64,000 bases of DNA from Planctomycetota bacterium (GTDB lineage: Bacteria > Planctomycetota > UBA1135 > JADKAF01), in the NCBI GenBank assembly GCA_016793245.1, contig JAEUHW010000351.1:5987-69986 (forward strand), given 5' to 3'. The notes below the pieces were generated by a model, which was not told the DNA's origin, did no database searches, and worked only from the letters and a program-made list of their open reading frames with translations. Below, one piece after another: positions 9,014 through 17,107 of the stretch (positions within the stretch are counted from its first letter, which is position 1; every line of letters starts with the position of its first letter). The translations under genes were made by a program, and so were the position numbers.

Positions 9014-10069
9014 TCAGATCTCGTCGACCTTGTGCTTCAACCTCTTCCGCAGACGCTCCATCAAGTTGGAGTGGATCTGGCAGACGCGCGACTCCGTGAT
9101 GTTCAGGCGCTCGCCGATCTCGCGCATCTTCAGCTCTTCCTTGTAGTAGAGCAGCAAGATCAAGCGCTCCTTGTCGGTGAGCCCTTCCAGCACCTTCTGG
9201 AAGCCGTCCTCGACCTCGAGCCGGCGCCCGGGCCGCAGGTCGGCGTCCTCGTGCGCCATCTCGGAGAACGGCTCCGAGCCGTCGCCTTCCTCCGCCTCCA
9301 CCTCGCCGTCGGTGAAGTTCTTCATCGAGTACGTGACGGCTTCGCGACTCTCGACCTGGAAGTCGGAAAGAGCGAGCCCCAAGTGCTCGGCCAGCTCGGG
9401 ATTCGTGGGCTCGCGTCCGAAGGCGCCGATCAGCTCCTCGCGCGCGCGATCAAAGCGCTGCGCCTTCACGCGCACGGCGCGCGGCACCCAATCCTGCGAG
9501 CGCAGCTCGTCCAGGATGGCGCCCTTGATGCGCGAGGCGCAGTAGGTCTTGAAGGTGCCGCCGCGCTCGGGGTCGTAGGCTTCGAGCGCGCGGTAGAGAC
9601 CGTGGATGCCGGCGCTCGAGAGCTCCTCGAGATCGACGCAGCGCGGAAAGCGCCGCAAGAGGCTCGACGAGACGTGCCGGACCATCGGGTAGTAGCACTC
9701 GAGGAGCGCGTTCCGCAGGTTCGGGTCGCCGGTCTTCTTGTACTCGTAGAAGAGCTCCTCGGTGCGGCGGTCCTCGAAGCGCGCCGTGGGGCACGCACCG
9801 TGCAATCCGAGGTCCGCGACGCGCTCTTCGCTCCAGCCGAGGCCGCGCAAGACATCGGCGCAGCGCCCGAGGCGTTCGACGCCGAGCACGGCGTGCAGAA
9901 GCAAGCCGCCATGGAGGCGGCGGAGCAGGAGCTGCGGATCGCGGCCCTCCGCGCCGGAGAAGAGCGCCGGGAGCGGCGCGCCCTTGCCGTTCTTCGGCGC
10001 GGCCGTCGCGCCCTCGTCCGAGCCCGCGTCGCGCGAGCCGCGCGAGCCCTTCGAGCCTTGCTTGTTCAT
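9014..10069 (-). CDS. FliA/WhiG-type (group 3) sigma-70 family RNA polymerase sigma factor
   Basis: Region 2 (YYPMVRHVSSSLLRRF...DLEELSSAGIHGLYRALEAYDPERGGTFKTYCASRIKGAILDELR), region 3, and a region 4 HTH (LLLYYKEELKMREIGERLNITESRVCQIHSNLMERLRK). The start was chosen at the ATG that forms an ATGA overlap with the upstream gene's stop. The roughly 100-aa N-terminal extension makes this start uncertain. Confidence 0.85.
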   Translation of the reverse strand: MNKQGSKGSRGSRDAGSDEGATAAPKNGKGAPLPALFSGAEGRDPQLLLRRLHGGLLLHAVLGVERLGRCADVLRGLGWSEERVADLGLHGACPTARFEDRRTEELFYEYKKTGDPNLRNALLECYYPMVRHVSSSLLRRFPRCVDLEELSSAGIHGLYRALEAYDPERGGTFKTYCASRIKGAILDELRSQDWVPRAVRVKAQRFDRAREELIGAFGREPTNPELAEHLGLALSDFQVESREAVTYSMKNFTDGEVEAEEGDGSEPFSEMAHEDADLRPGRRLEVEDGFQKVLEGLTDKERLILLLYYKEELKMREIGERLNITESRVCQIHSNLMERLRKRLKHKVDEI

Positions 10070-10662
10070 GCTTCGCGCACCCGATCGAGGAGCGCTTGCC
10101 GCGTGCGGCTCCAGCGCCGGAGAACTTCGTCGCGAGGAACGCCGCCCGCTCTCGCGACGGCGGAGGCGCGCTCGAGCTCGAGCTCGCAGCGCCGGTACAT
10201 CTCGAGGTCCACGGAGTCGATGTCGGCGAGCAGGCCGGCGATGCGATCCTTCGGCAGTCGCGGACGCACGTCCTGCACGGCGCTCTGCGCGAGCAGCGCT
10301 TGCTCGGCGAGGGTCTCCAGCGCGAGGCGCGCGATCGCATGCTCGGCGTCGTGGCGCGCTTCCACCTTCGCTTCGAGCTCGCCGGGCCCGTCGGCCACCG
10401 CGACGCTGCCCGCACCCTCGGCCTTGTCGCGGCTCTCGCGGCTCTCGCGACCGATGCCTCCGCTCTTCTCGCCGCTGATGCCTCCGCCCCTCTCGCCGCT
10501 GATGGCAGCGCGCCACGCCTTGTATTCGGCGCGCACCGTCTCGATCCAGCGCTCGCGATCGACGGCGGCCCGCAGCGCGGGCTCTTCGAGCACCGCGTCG
10601 TAGAGCACGTCCAGAAGTTGGCGCGCGCGGGGCGGTAACCCCGCGGTCCTCGCAGAGCTCAT
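10066..10662 (-). CDS. hypothetical helical/acidic protein (198 aa) start/stop-coupled to the sigma-factor gene
   Basis: Sub-ORF of 10066..11049 starting MSSARTAGLPPRARQLLDVLYDAVLEEP. The composition is protein-like, and there is an internal ISGERGGG/ISGEKSGG repeat. Its stop overlaps the sigma start (ATGA at 10066-10069). Confidence 0.6.
   Translation of the reverse strand: MSSARTAGLPPRARQLLDVLYDAVLEEPALRAAVDRERWIETVRAEYKAWRAAISGERGGGISGEKSGGIGRESRESRDKAEGAGSVAVADGPGELEAKVEARHDAEHAIARLALETLAEQALLAQSAVQDVRPRLPKDRIAGLLADIDSVDLEMYRRCELELERASAVARAGGVPRDEVLRRWSRTRQALLDRVREA
10451..10510. repeat. 24-bp tandem repeat (about 2.5 copies) inside the 198-aa ORF
   Basis: CCGATGCCTCCGCTCTTCTCGCCG / CTGATGCCTCCGCCCCTCTCGCCG / CTGATGGCAGCG. 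On the minus strand it encodes ISGE(R/K)xGG units. A GGCTCTCGC doublet lies just upstream (10431-10448). Confidence 0.7.
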
Positions 10663-10842
10663 CGGGTCTCCTCCACCGCCGTGACGACCGGACCAGCCGT
10701 TCCGGGCGCGCCCTGGGAGCCGACCGCCGCGGAACGTAGGAGCGCGACCTCGTGGAGGCGCCCTCGCCCTGCGAAGATGACAGCTCGCCCGAGGTGGCGC
10801 AACCCTCGGTCCGCGCGACCGACGCGGAACGGAGGCCCTGGG

Positions 10843-11214
10843 ATGGCGATCGAGGCAGGCGATGACGAGGAGGCGCGCGGTGACGCGGCGTCGAACCCTC
10901 CCGCCGGCTCGACCCACGCCGAGGCCCTGGCGCACTACCGCCGCGCCTCGGCGAGACCTGGCATGGCCGACGCGGGCCAGCGCATACGGAACCGCGCTTG
11001 CCCCGCGTGCCGCGGCGTGGTCCCCTTCGAGGAAGAGCGCTGCCGACATTGCGGAGCACCGCTGCCATCGGCGCGCTTCGACTACTTCAACTACACGGAC
11101 TTCGAGCCCGACCTCGAGGCGCGCGACCTGCGCCTGCTCCGCCGCACCTTCGGCGCGGCCGCGCTCCTCGGCGCGCTCTTCCTCGCGTGGCTCCTCGTGC
11201 GATGCAGCCCTTGA
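10843..11214 (+). CDS. small zinc-ribbon protein with a C-terminal transmembrane helix
   Basis: Sub-ORF of 10681..11214 containing CPACRG...CRHCG (two CxxC pairs) and a tail TM segment (AAALLGALFLAWLLV). There is an alternative start at 10963. Its 3' end overlaps the ThiF-like start by 13 nt. Confidence 0.5.
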   Translation: MAIEAGDDEEARGDAASNPPAGSTHAEALAHYRRASARPGMADAGQRIRNRACPACRGVVPFEEERCRHCGAPLPSARFDYFNYTDFEPDLEARDLRLLRRTFGAAALLGALFLAWLLVRCSP

Positions 11215-12245
11215 ACTCGGATCCGCTCGGACGCTATGCCCGCCAGATGCGCGTCCCGCAGATGGGACGCTCCGGTCAGGAGGCCCTCCGCGACGCGCGG
11301 GTCCTGCTGGTGGGCTGCGGCGCGCTCGGAACGCCGATCGCCGACCTACTCGTGCGCGCCGGCGTCGGATTCCTGCGCATCGCGGATCGCGACTTGGTCG
11401 AGCTCACCAATCTCCAGAGGCAGACGCTCTTCGACGAGCGCGACGCGCGCGAGAGCTGGCCGAAGGCGGAGGCGGCCGCGCGGCGCTTGCGCGAGGTGAA
11501 CGGCGCGGTCGAGATCGAAGCCTGCGTGCGCGATGTCGGCGCCGATGAGCTGGAGGAGTTGGCCCGCGACGTCGATCTGCTGCTCGACGGCACCGACAAC
11601 TTCGAGACGCGCTACCTGCTGAACGACTTCGCGGTGCGCGCCGGCAAGCCGTGGATCTACGGCGGCGCGGTCGCGGATCACGGTCTCGAGATGGCGGTGA
11701 TCCCCGGGCGCACCGCGTGCTTGCGCTGCATCTTCCCCGAGCCGCCGAGCGCCGGCGGGAGCGAGACCTGCGAGACGGCCGGCGTGCTGGGCCCGCTCAC
11801 CGCGCTGATCGCGGCGCTGCAGGCGAGCGACGCCTTGAAGATCCTGAGCGGTCATCCCGAGGCGATCACCTCGGAGCTCTTGCAGGTCGAGCTCTGGTCG
11901 CGCCGCGTGCAAGCCCTGCGCATCCCTCGGCAAGCGGACTGCGCGTGCTGCTCCCGGGGCGAGTTCCCGTACCTCGAGGGCGCCGCTGCCACGACGAGGG
12001 CGGAGAGCCTTTGCGGGCGGAACACCGTGCAGCTCCGCCCCGCGCCGCACGCGCGCCTCGATCTCGAGGCCTTGTCGGCGCGGCTCGCGCGCGAAGGGAT
12101 CGCGTGCGAGCACTCCCGCTTCTGGCTGCGCTTCCGAGCCGAGGAGCTGGAGCTCACCGCGTTCCCCGACGGAAGGATGCTGGTCCACGGCACCGACGAG
12201 CCCGCGCGCGCGCGCAGCTTCTACAGCCGCTGGTTCGGATCGTAG
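11202..12245 (+). CDS. ThiF/MoeB/HesA-family E1-like adenylyltransferase
   Basis: Starts MQPLNSDPLGRYARQMRV. It has a Rossmann GxGxxG motif (VLLVGCGALGTPIA), LVELTNLQRQ, DGTDNFETRYLLND, and Zn-site CxxC pairs (CLRC, CACC). Total length 347 aa including a C-terminal extension of about 90 aa. Confidence 0.85.
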   Translation: MQPLNSDPLGRYARQMRVPQMGRSGQEALRDARVLLVGCGALGTPIADLLVRAGVGFLRIADRDLVELTNLQRQTLFDERDARESWPKAEAAARRLREVNGAVEIEACVRDVGADELEELARDVDLLLDGTDNFETRYLLNDFAVRAGKPWIYGGAVADHGLEMAVIPGRTACLRCIFPEPPSAGGSETCETAGVLGPLTALIAALQASDALKILSGHPEAITSELLQVELWSRRVQALRIPRQADCACCSRGEFPYLEGAAATTRAESLCGRNTVQLRPAPHARLDLEALSARLAREGIACEHSRFWLRFRAEELELTAFPDGRMLVHGTDEPARARSFYSRWFGS

Positions 12246-12278
12246 ACTGCCGCGCTTTTCTGGAGCCGAGGATCACCC

Positions 12279-14381
12279 GTGCAGAGCCGCTGGAACGAGC
12301 GCGAGGCCGCGGAGGCCATCGAGCGCTGGAAGGATGTCGGAAACGATCTCGCCCTGCGCGTCTACACCTCGCGCTTGATCGGCGCCGAGCGCGCGCTCGT
12401 GCTCCACGGCGGCGGGAACACCTCGGTGAAGACGCGCCTCGCGGACGCCCTCGGCATCGAGCACGAGGTGCTCTGCGTGAAGGGCTCCGGCTGGGACCTG
12501 AAGACGATCGAGCCCGCCGGCCTGCCCGCGCTGGAGCTCGCGCCGCTGCGCGCGATGGAGCGCCTCTCACAGCTCGACGACGAGACGATGACCAACGAGC
12601 TCCGTCGACGCCTGCTCGACGTGCGCGCTCCCAATCCCTCCGTCGAGACGCTGCTGCACGCGTTCCTGCCCCACCGCTTCGTCGACCACACGCACGCCGA
12701 CGCGATCTGCGTGCTGACGAACCAGCCCGACGGCGAGCTACGCGTGCGCGAAGCGCTCGGCGACGAAGTGCTCGTGCTGCCGTGGATCATGCCCGGGTTC
12801 CCGCTCGCGAAGGCCGTCGCGGCGGCGCAGCGCGCCGCGCCGCGCTGCGTCGGCATCGTGCTGCGCCACCACGGGCTCTTCACCTTCGGCGATGACGCAC
12901 GCACGAGCTACGAGCGCACGATCGAGCTCGTCACCCGCGCCGAGCGCTATCTCGCCGCGCGCGGCGGCTCGCCGCCCCCGCTGCTCGCCGCGGCCCCGCG
13001 GAGCTCTGAACGCGAGGCGCGGCGCGAGCTCGCCGCCGCGCTGCCGCGCCTGCGCGGCGCGCTCGCGCGGCGCGATGCGCAAGGCGAGGTGACGACGCGC
13101 TTCCTCGCCGACGCGCGGACCGCCGACGACCTACGCGCCTTCAGCGCGGCCGAGGTGGCGCGCGCTCTCGTCGAGGACGAAGGCCCGCTCACTCCCGATC
13201 ACGTGCTGCGCACGAAGGGCCCGTATCTCTATCTCGCGCGCGCCGCGTGGAGCGACGCCGCCGCGACGCGCGCGGCCGTCGAACGCTTCGAGCAGCGCTA
13301 TCGCGCATACTTCGCCGCGCATCGCGCGCGCGTCGCGAAGCCGCGCGAGCTCGATCCGAAGCCGCGCGTCGCGGTGCTGGAGGATCTGGGCGTCGTCGGC
13401 TTCGGCGCCGACGCGAAGGCCGCCGCGATCGCCGCCGACATCGCGGAACACACCGTGCGCGGCAAGGCTCTCGGCGCGGCGCTGGGCACCTATCGCGCGC
13501 TCTCGCCCGGCGAGCTCTTCGAGATGGAGTACTGGTCGCTGGAGCAAGCGAAGCTCGGCGAGAAGAAGGCGCCGCCGCTGCAGGGCCGGGTGGCGCTCGT
13601 CACCGGCGCGGGCGGCGCGATCGGTCACGGCATCTGCGCCGAGCTGCTCGATGCCGGCGCGCACGTCGTCGCGACCGACTTCGACGCCGCGCTGCTGGAG
13701 CGCGCCGGCGCGCTGCTCCGCGCGACGCACGGCGACTCGCGCCTCCATCTGCTAGCGGGCATCGATGTCACCGACGAAGTCGCGCTCGCGCGCGCGTTCG
13801 ACGAAGCCACGTTGCGCTTCGGCGGCGTGGACATCGTCGTGCCGAACGCCGGCATCGCCTACGCCGCGCCGCTCGCCGAGCTCGAGGTCGCGCGCCTGCG
13901 CCGCGTATTGGAGGTAAACACGCTCGGCGTCGCGCTCACGCTACGCGCCGCGGCGCGCCACTTCGCGCTCGAGGGCAGCGGCGGCGACATCGTCGTGCAA
14001 GCTTCGAAGAACGTCTTCGCGCCGGGAGCCGGCTTCGGCGCCTACAGCGCCTCCAAGGCCGGCGCGCATCAGCTCGGCAAGATCGCGGCCTTGGAGCTCG
14101 CCCCCCTCGGGGTGCGCGTGAACCTCGTGCACGCCGACGCGGTCTTCGGCGGAGAAGTGCCGAGCGGACTCTGGGCCGAGATCGGCCCCGAGCGCATGCG
14201 CGCGCGCGGCCTCTCGGAGCACGAGCTGCGCGACTTCTATCGCGAGCGCAGCTTGCTGAAGCGCGAGGTCACGCCGCGGCACGTCGGCCGCGCGGTCGTC
14301 GCCTGCGTGCGCGATCTCACGCGCACGACGGGGGCGACTCTGCCCGTCGATGGCGGTCTGCCCGAGGCGTTCCCGCGCTGA
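12279..14381 (+). CDS. bifunctional class II aldolase/adducin-domain + short-chain dehydrogenase (SDR) protein
   Basis: 700 aa from a GTG start with GGAG/GAGG upstream. The N-terminal half resembles a class II aldolase (VLHGGGNTSVK). The C-terminal half is an SDR (TGAGGAIGHGIC, YSASKAG). Confidence 0.88.
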   Translation: MQSRWNEREAAEAIERWKDVGNDLALRVYTSRLIGAERALVLHGGGNTSVKTRLADALGIEHEVLCVKGSGWDLKTIEPAGLPALELAPLRAMERLSQLDDETMTNELRRRLLDVRAPNPSVETLLHAFLPHRFVDHTHADAICVLTNQPDGELRVREALGDEVLVLPWIMPGFPLAKAVAAAQRAAPRCVGIVLRHHGLFTFGDDARTSYERTIELVTRAERYLAARGGSPPPLLAAAPRSSEREARRELAAALPRLRGALARRDAQGEVTTRFLADARTADDLRAFSAAEVARALVEDEGPLTPDHVLRTKGPYLYLARAAWSDAAATRAAVERFEQRYRAYFAAHRARVAKPRELDPKPRVAVLEDLGVVGFGADAKAAAIAADIAEHTVRGKALGAALGTYRALSPGELFEMEYWSLEQAKLGEKKAPPLQGRVALVTGAGGAIGHGICAELLDAGAHVVATDFDAALLERAGALLRATHGDSRLHLLAGIDVTDEVALARAFDEATLRFGGVDIVVPNAGIAYAAPLAELEVARLRRVLEVNTLGVALTLRAAARHFALEGSGGDIVVQASKNVFAPGAGFGAYSASKAGAHQLGKIAALELAPLGVRVNLVHADAVFGGEVPSGLWAEIGPERMRARGLSEHELRDFYRERSLLKREVTPRHVGRAVVACVRDLTRTTGATLPVDGGLPEAFPR

Positions 14382-14397
14382 GCGCGGGCGCGCGCAC

Positions 14398-15048
14398 ATG
14401 CACGCACCCCTCGAGCTCGCGGTGGCGATCCTCGCCGCGGGTCGCGGGACGCGACTCGGCGGCCCGAAGGCCCTCTTCGAGCTCGCGGGAGAATCACTGC
14501 TCTTCCGCGTGCTGCGCACGCTCGACGCCGCGTTCCGCGAGCTCGCCGTGCCTGCGGAGATCGCCGTGGTGTGCGGCGCGGACGCCGAGCGCGTGCGTTC
14601 GCGCCTCGCGACCGCCCGGCTCGGGATCGCCGCGAGCGTCGTCGCGAACGAAGCCCCGGAGCGCGAGCGCACGCATTCGCTGCGCCTCGCAGCGGCGGCG
14701 TTGCCTCCGCAGCGAGCGCTCCTCGTCTGGCCCGTGGACGTGCCGCTCGTCGCTCCGGCGACGCTGCGCGCGCTCACGCGAGAGCCGGTCGCGGAGCGCG
14801 CCTATCGCAGCCCCTTCCACGGCGAACGCGGCGGCCATCCCGTCCTGCTCGGCGCGGCCTTGCGCGAGGAGCTGCTCGCGCTGCGCGACGACGAGACGCT
14901 GCGCGAGCTGCGCGATCGCGCGACGACGCTGCGCGAACGCATCGCGGTCGATGATCCCTTCGTCCTCCTGGATCTCGATACGCCGCACGACGTGCAGCGC
15001 GCGCTGCGAGACCTAGAGTCCTCGGGGCGCGAAAGTCGTAGTTCTTGA
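14398..15048 (+). CDS. MobA/MocA-like nucleotidyltransferase (molybdenum cofactor nucleotidylyltransferase family)
   Basis: Sub-ORF starting MHAPLELAVAILAAGRGTRLGGPKALFEL, which matches the LAAGxGxRxGxxK signature. 216 aa. Confidence 0.75.
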   Translation: MHAPLELAVAILAAGRGTRLGGPKALFELAGESLLFRVLRTLDAAFRELAVPAEIAVVCGADAERVRSRLATARLGIAASVVANEAPERERTHSLRLAAAALPPQRALLVWPVDVPLVAPATLRALTREPVAERAYRSPFHGERGGHPVLLGAALREELLALRDDETLRELRDRATTLRERIAVDDPFVLLDLDTPHDVQRALRDLESSGRESRSS

Positions 15049-15154
15049 GTCCGTCTCCGAACCCAAGGACCGGTCGATCTCGCTGCGCAGCAGAGCGGAC
15101 TCATCGCGCTACCGCCGCGCCGGCGGCGAACCAGTTTCGATCGACGTGGGTCGA

Positions 15155-15299
15155 GCGTCGACGACCGATCTCTCCGGTCGCATGAGCTCTGAAGCTCCCA
15201 CCTCCCGCGGGCTCCGGAAGGTCGAACGATGTCTTTCGACGTAGCGGAGCCGCATCCGGACGCGGCGCTTGCTTGGCCGGAGGGCTGGCGGAGCGGTCG
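15155..15299 (+). repeat. REP-like repeat, extra copy in the same orientation as the right arm
   Basis: GCGTCGACGACCGATCTCTCCGGTCGCATGAGCTCTGAAGCTCCCACCTCCCGCGGGCTCCGG...CGATGTCTTTCGACGTAGCGGAGCCGCATCCGGA...GCGGCGCTTGCTTGGCCGGAGGGCTGGCGGAGCGGTCG aligns by eye to 16588..16693 plus 16798..16835. Relative to the right arm it has a deletion of about 100 nt. Confidence 0.7.
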
Positions 15300-15386
15300 C
15301 AGCGGACGGCGCGCGCTTGAACGCAAGCAGCGAGGAGCGAGAGGCGTTCGAGCGCAAGACCGCGCAGGCGCTACGCCCGGCCCTAC

Positions 15387-15614
15387 GGCGAAGCAAGCGC
15401 CGCGCCCGACGCGCGCGTACCAAGTCGATGGTGTTCGAGCGACGACGCGCGAACGACGCGAGCGAGAAACGCGAAGCCTCGCGCGTCGTTCACGTCGCTT
15501 GCTGCGCCTCCGGGCGCGGCTCCGCTTCGTCGATGGAAGTCGTGCGCCGTTTCGGAGCCCGCTGGAGGCGGGGGCTCCGAAACTCATGCTACGGGAGAGA
15601 TCGGACGTCGACGC
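15387..15614 (-). repeat. left inverted-repeat arm of the RAYT locus
   Basis: The reverse complement aligns to 16588..16815. The core at 15540..15614 is near-identical and the outer part is more diverged, e.g. GGCGAAGCAAGCGCCGC (15387..15403) versus GCGGCGCTTGCTTCGCC. It contains the 12-bp-stem hairpin GTTTCGGAGCCC/GGGCTCCGAAAC. Confidence 0.75.
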
Positions 15615-15672
15615 GTGAACGACGTCGATGGACACGGGGTTCCACGCCCGCGCGGCGGCAGTGTGGTGCGGT

Positions 15673-16410
15673 TCAGCGCGAGTTCGCTCGGCGAATTGAT
15701 TGCGCGAGGTTCGCTGGGGGGCGACCGGCGTTCTTGTTGTGCGGAGTCGCGCGGATGTCGAGCAATCCGTGGCGACGCCAGCCGGCGGTGAGGAGCCAGG
15801 TCAAGGCGGGCGCGACGGTGGCCACCACCAGCGGAGCTGGGATCGATGCGATCGACGGGCGCTCCTTCCAACCCTCGAACACGGGCGCGCTCGAACAGAG
15901 ATCGATCGACGCTTGCGGCACGACTCCATGCTTCTTGCCGTTCTGCAGCACGTAGCGCAGCGCGTTCCGCGCCTGCGTCGGCGTCGTGATCACCTCGTCG
16001 TGATAGCGATCGGGGAACACCTTGCCGCGACGGCCCCAAAGCTTGTTCAACGCGCGTGCCAGTGGGCTCAGCAGAGCGTTCATGGCACGCGCGACGCACT
16101 CTCGATCGTCGGCCTCGACCAGGAAGTGCAAGTGGTTGCTTTGCACGGTGGTGTGGATGATCCGCATTCCGTGGCGATCGCTGCTCGCGCTGAGCGCCGC
16201 GAGCACGAGCTTCAGAGCACCGCCGCGGCGCAGCGACGGCAGGCCATCCGCCAGACGCACGGTGATCAAGAGAGGCTGGCCGCGCTTCTTCCTCGCGCGC
16301 TGACGGTGCGGCATGCCCGCCTCGGCATTCTTCGGCTTCCGTCCCGCGCCCTTCCGCTTGCCACCATGCTGACGAAAGTCGAACTCGAGCTGTTGAACCT
16401 TGCGGCGCAT
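15673..16410 (-). CDS. REP-associated tyrosine transposase (RAYT; IS200/IS605-like Y1 HUH transposase)
   Basis: 245 aa with an HUH motif (SNHLHFLVEA) and a catalytic Tyr helix (ARNALRYVLQNGKKHG). A strong SD (GGAGGAGGAGGAAG) lies 6 nt upstream of the ATG. The gene is flanked by the inverted REP-like arms. Confidence 0.85.
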   Translation of the reverse strand: MRRKVQQLEFDFRQHGGKRKGAGRKPKNAEAGMPHRQRARKKRGQPLLITVRLADGLPSLRRGGALKLVLAALSASSDRHGMRIIHTTVQSNHLHFLVEADDRECVARAMNALLSPLARALNKLWGRRGKVFPDRYHDEVITTPTQARNALRYVLQNGKKHGVVPQASIDLCSSAPVFEGWKERPSIASIPAPLVVATVAPALTWLLTAGWRRHGLLDIRATPHNKNAGRPPANLAQSIRRANSR

Positions 16411-16587
16411 GCGTCTTCCTCCTCCTCGTTACGCGTCGCCTTCCCCGATGTCGTTCCAGCATGGAGAACGCAGAATGGGCCTCTTGGGTTTCCTAGCAAG
16501 TCGGAAACTTGATACGGCGACGTTGTTCGCTGCCCGAACTCGCTGCACCGCGCGGGCGACGAACCGATGTCTCTCGACGCGGACCTC

Positions 16588-16836
16588 GCGTCGACGTCCG
16601 ATCTCTCCCGTAGCATGAGTTTCGGAGCCCCCGCCTCCCGCGGGCTCCGAAACGGCGCACGATGTCTTTCGACGCAGCGGAGCCGCATCCGGAGGCGATG
16701 CAATCGACGTGACCGCCGCGCTCGCTCACGAATCGCGTTCGACGTCGTGCACGCTCCGACGCGCGGTGTCGTTCGACGTCCTTCACGCGCGGCGGGCGCG
16801 GCGCTTGCTTCGCCGGAGGGCTGGCGGAGCGGTCGT
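16588..16836 (+). repeat. right inverted-repeat arm of the RAYT locus
   Basis: The core is GCGTCGACGTCCGATCTCTCCCGTAGCATGAGTTTCGGAGCCCCCGCCTCCCGCGGGCTCCGAAACGGCGCACGA (16588..16662), with a hairpin at 16619..16653. Extended similarity to both left-side copies continues to about 16836. Confidence 0.75.
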
Positions 16837-17107
16837 CGCGAACCTCGCGTTCGAAGGTTCGCGCGCGTCCCGGGTTCGGGTGCCATCCGCGCGTCGACGA
16901 TGCGGATTCAACGGCTTGAGCCGTTCTGCCAGCGAACACGCTGACAGCGTGATCCGTTGCACCAGCCAACGTGCTAGCAGGGCTCGGTCGAAGCCCCGCT
17001 AGTGGTCTGATCTACGCTAGCCTCGCGCATCGACCGAGCGCCTTCGCGACGGAAGCGAAGACACATCGCAGCGCACGATCCGCGGAGCGGAACTCCGCGA
17101 GCTTCGC

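Larger units (their letters stand above)
15155..16836 (-). mobile_element. RAYT locus: Y1 (IS200/IS605-like) transposase gene flanked by REP/REPIN-like inverted repeat arms, plus one extra repeat copy
   Basis: See the component features below. A 75-nt core is 74/75 identical in inverted orientation at 15540..15614 and 16588..16662. A more diverged direct copy lies at 15155..15299. Confidence 0.8.

Noticed and set aside
15229-15618. ORFs 15229..15618 and 16567..16944 (and 16266..16886, 15109..15423), which encode mutually similar peptides
   Set aside because: The peptides are similar only because the ORFs run through the REP-like repeat arms flanking the RAYT gene. They are Arg-rich with no start context. 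I treat them as repeat DNA, not genes.
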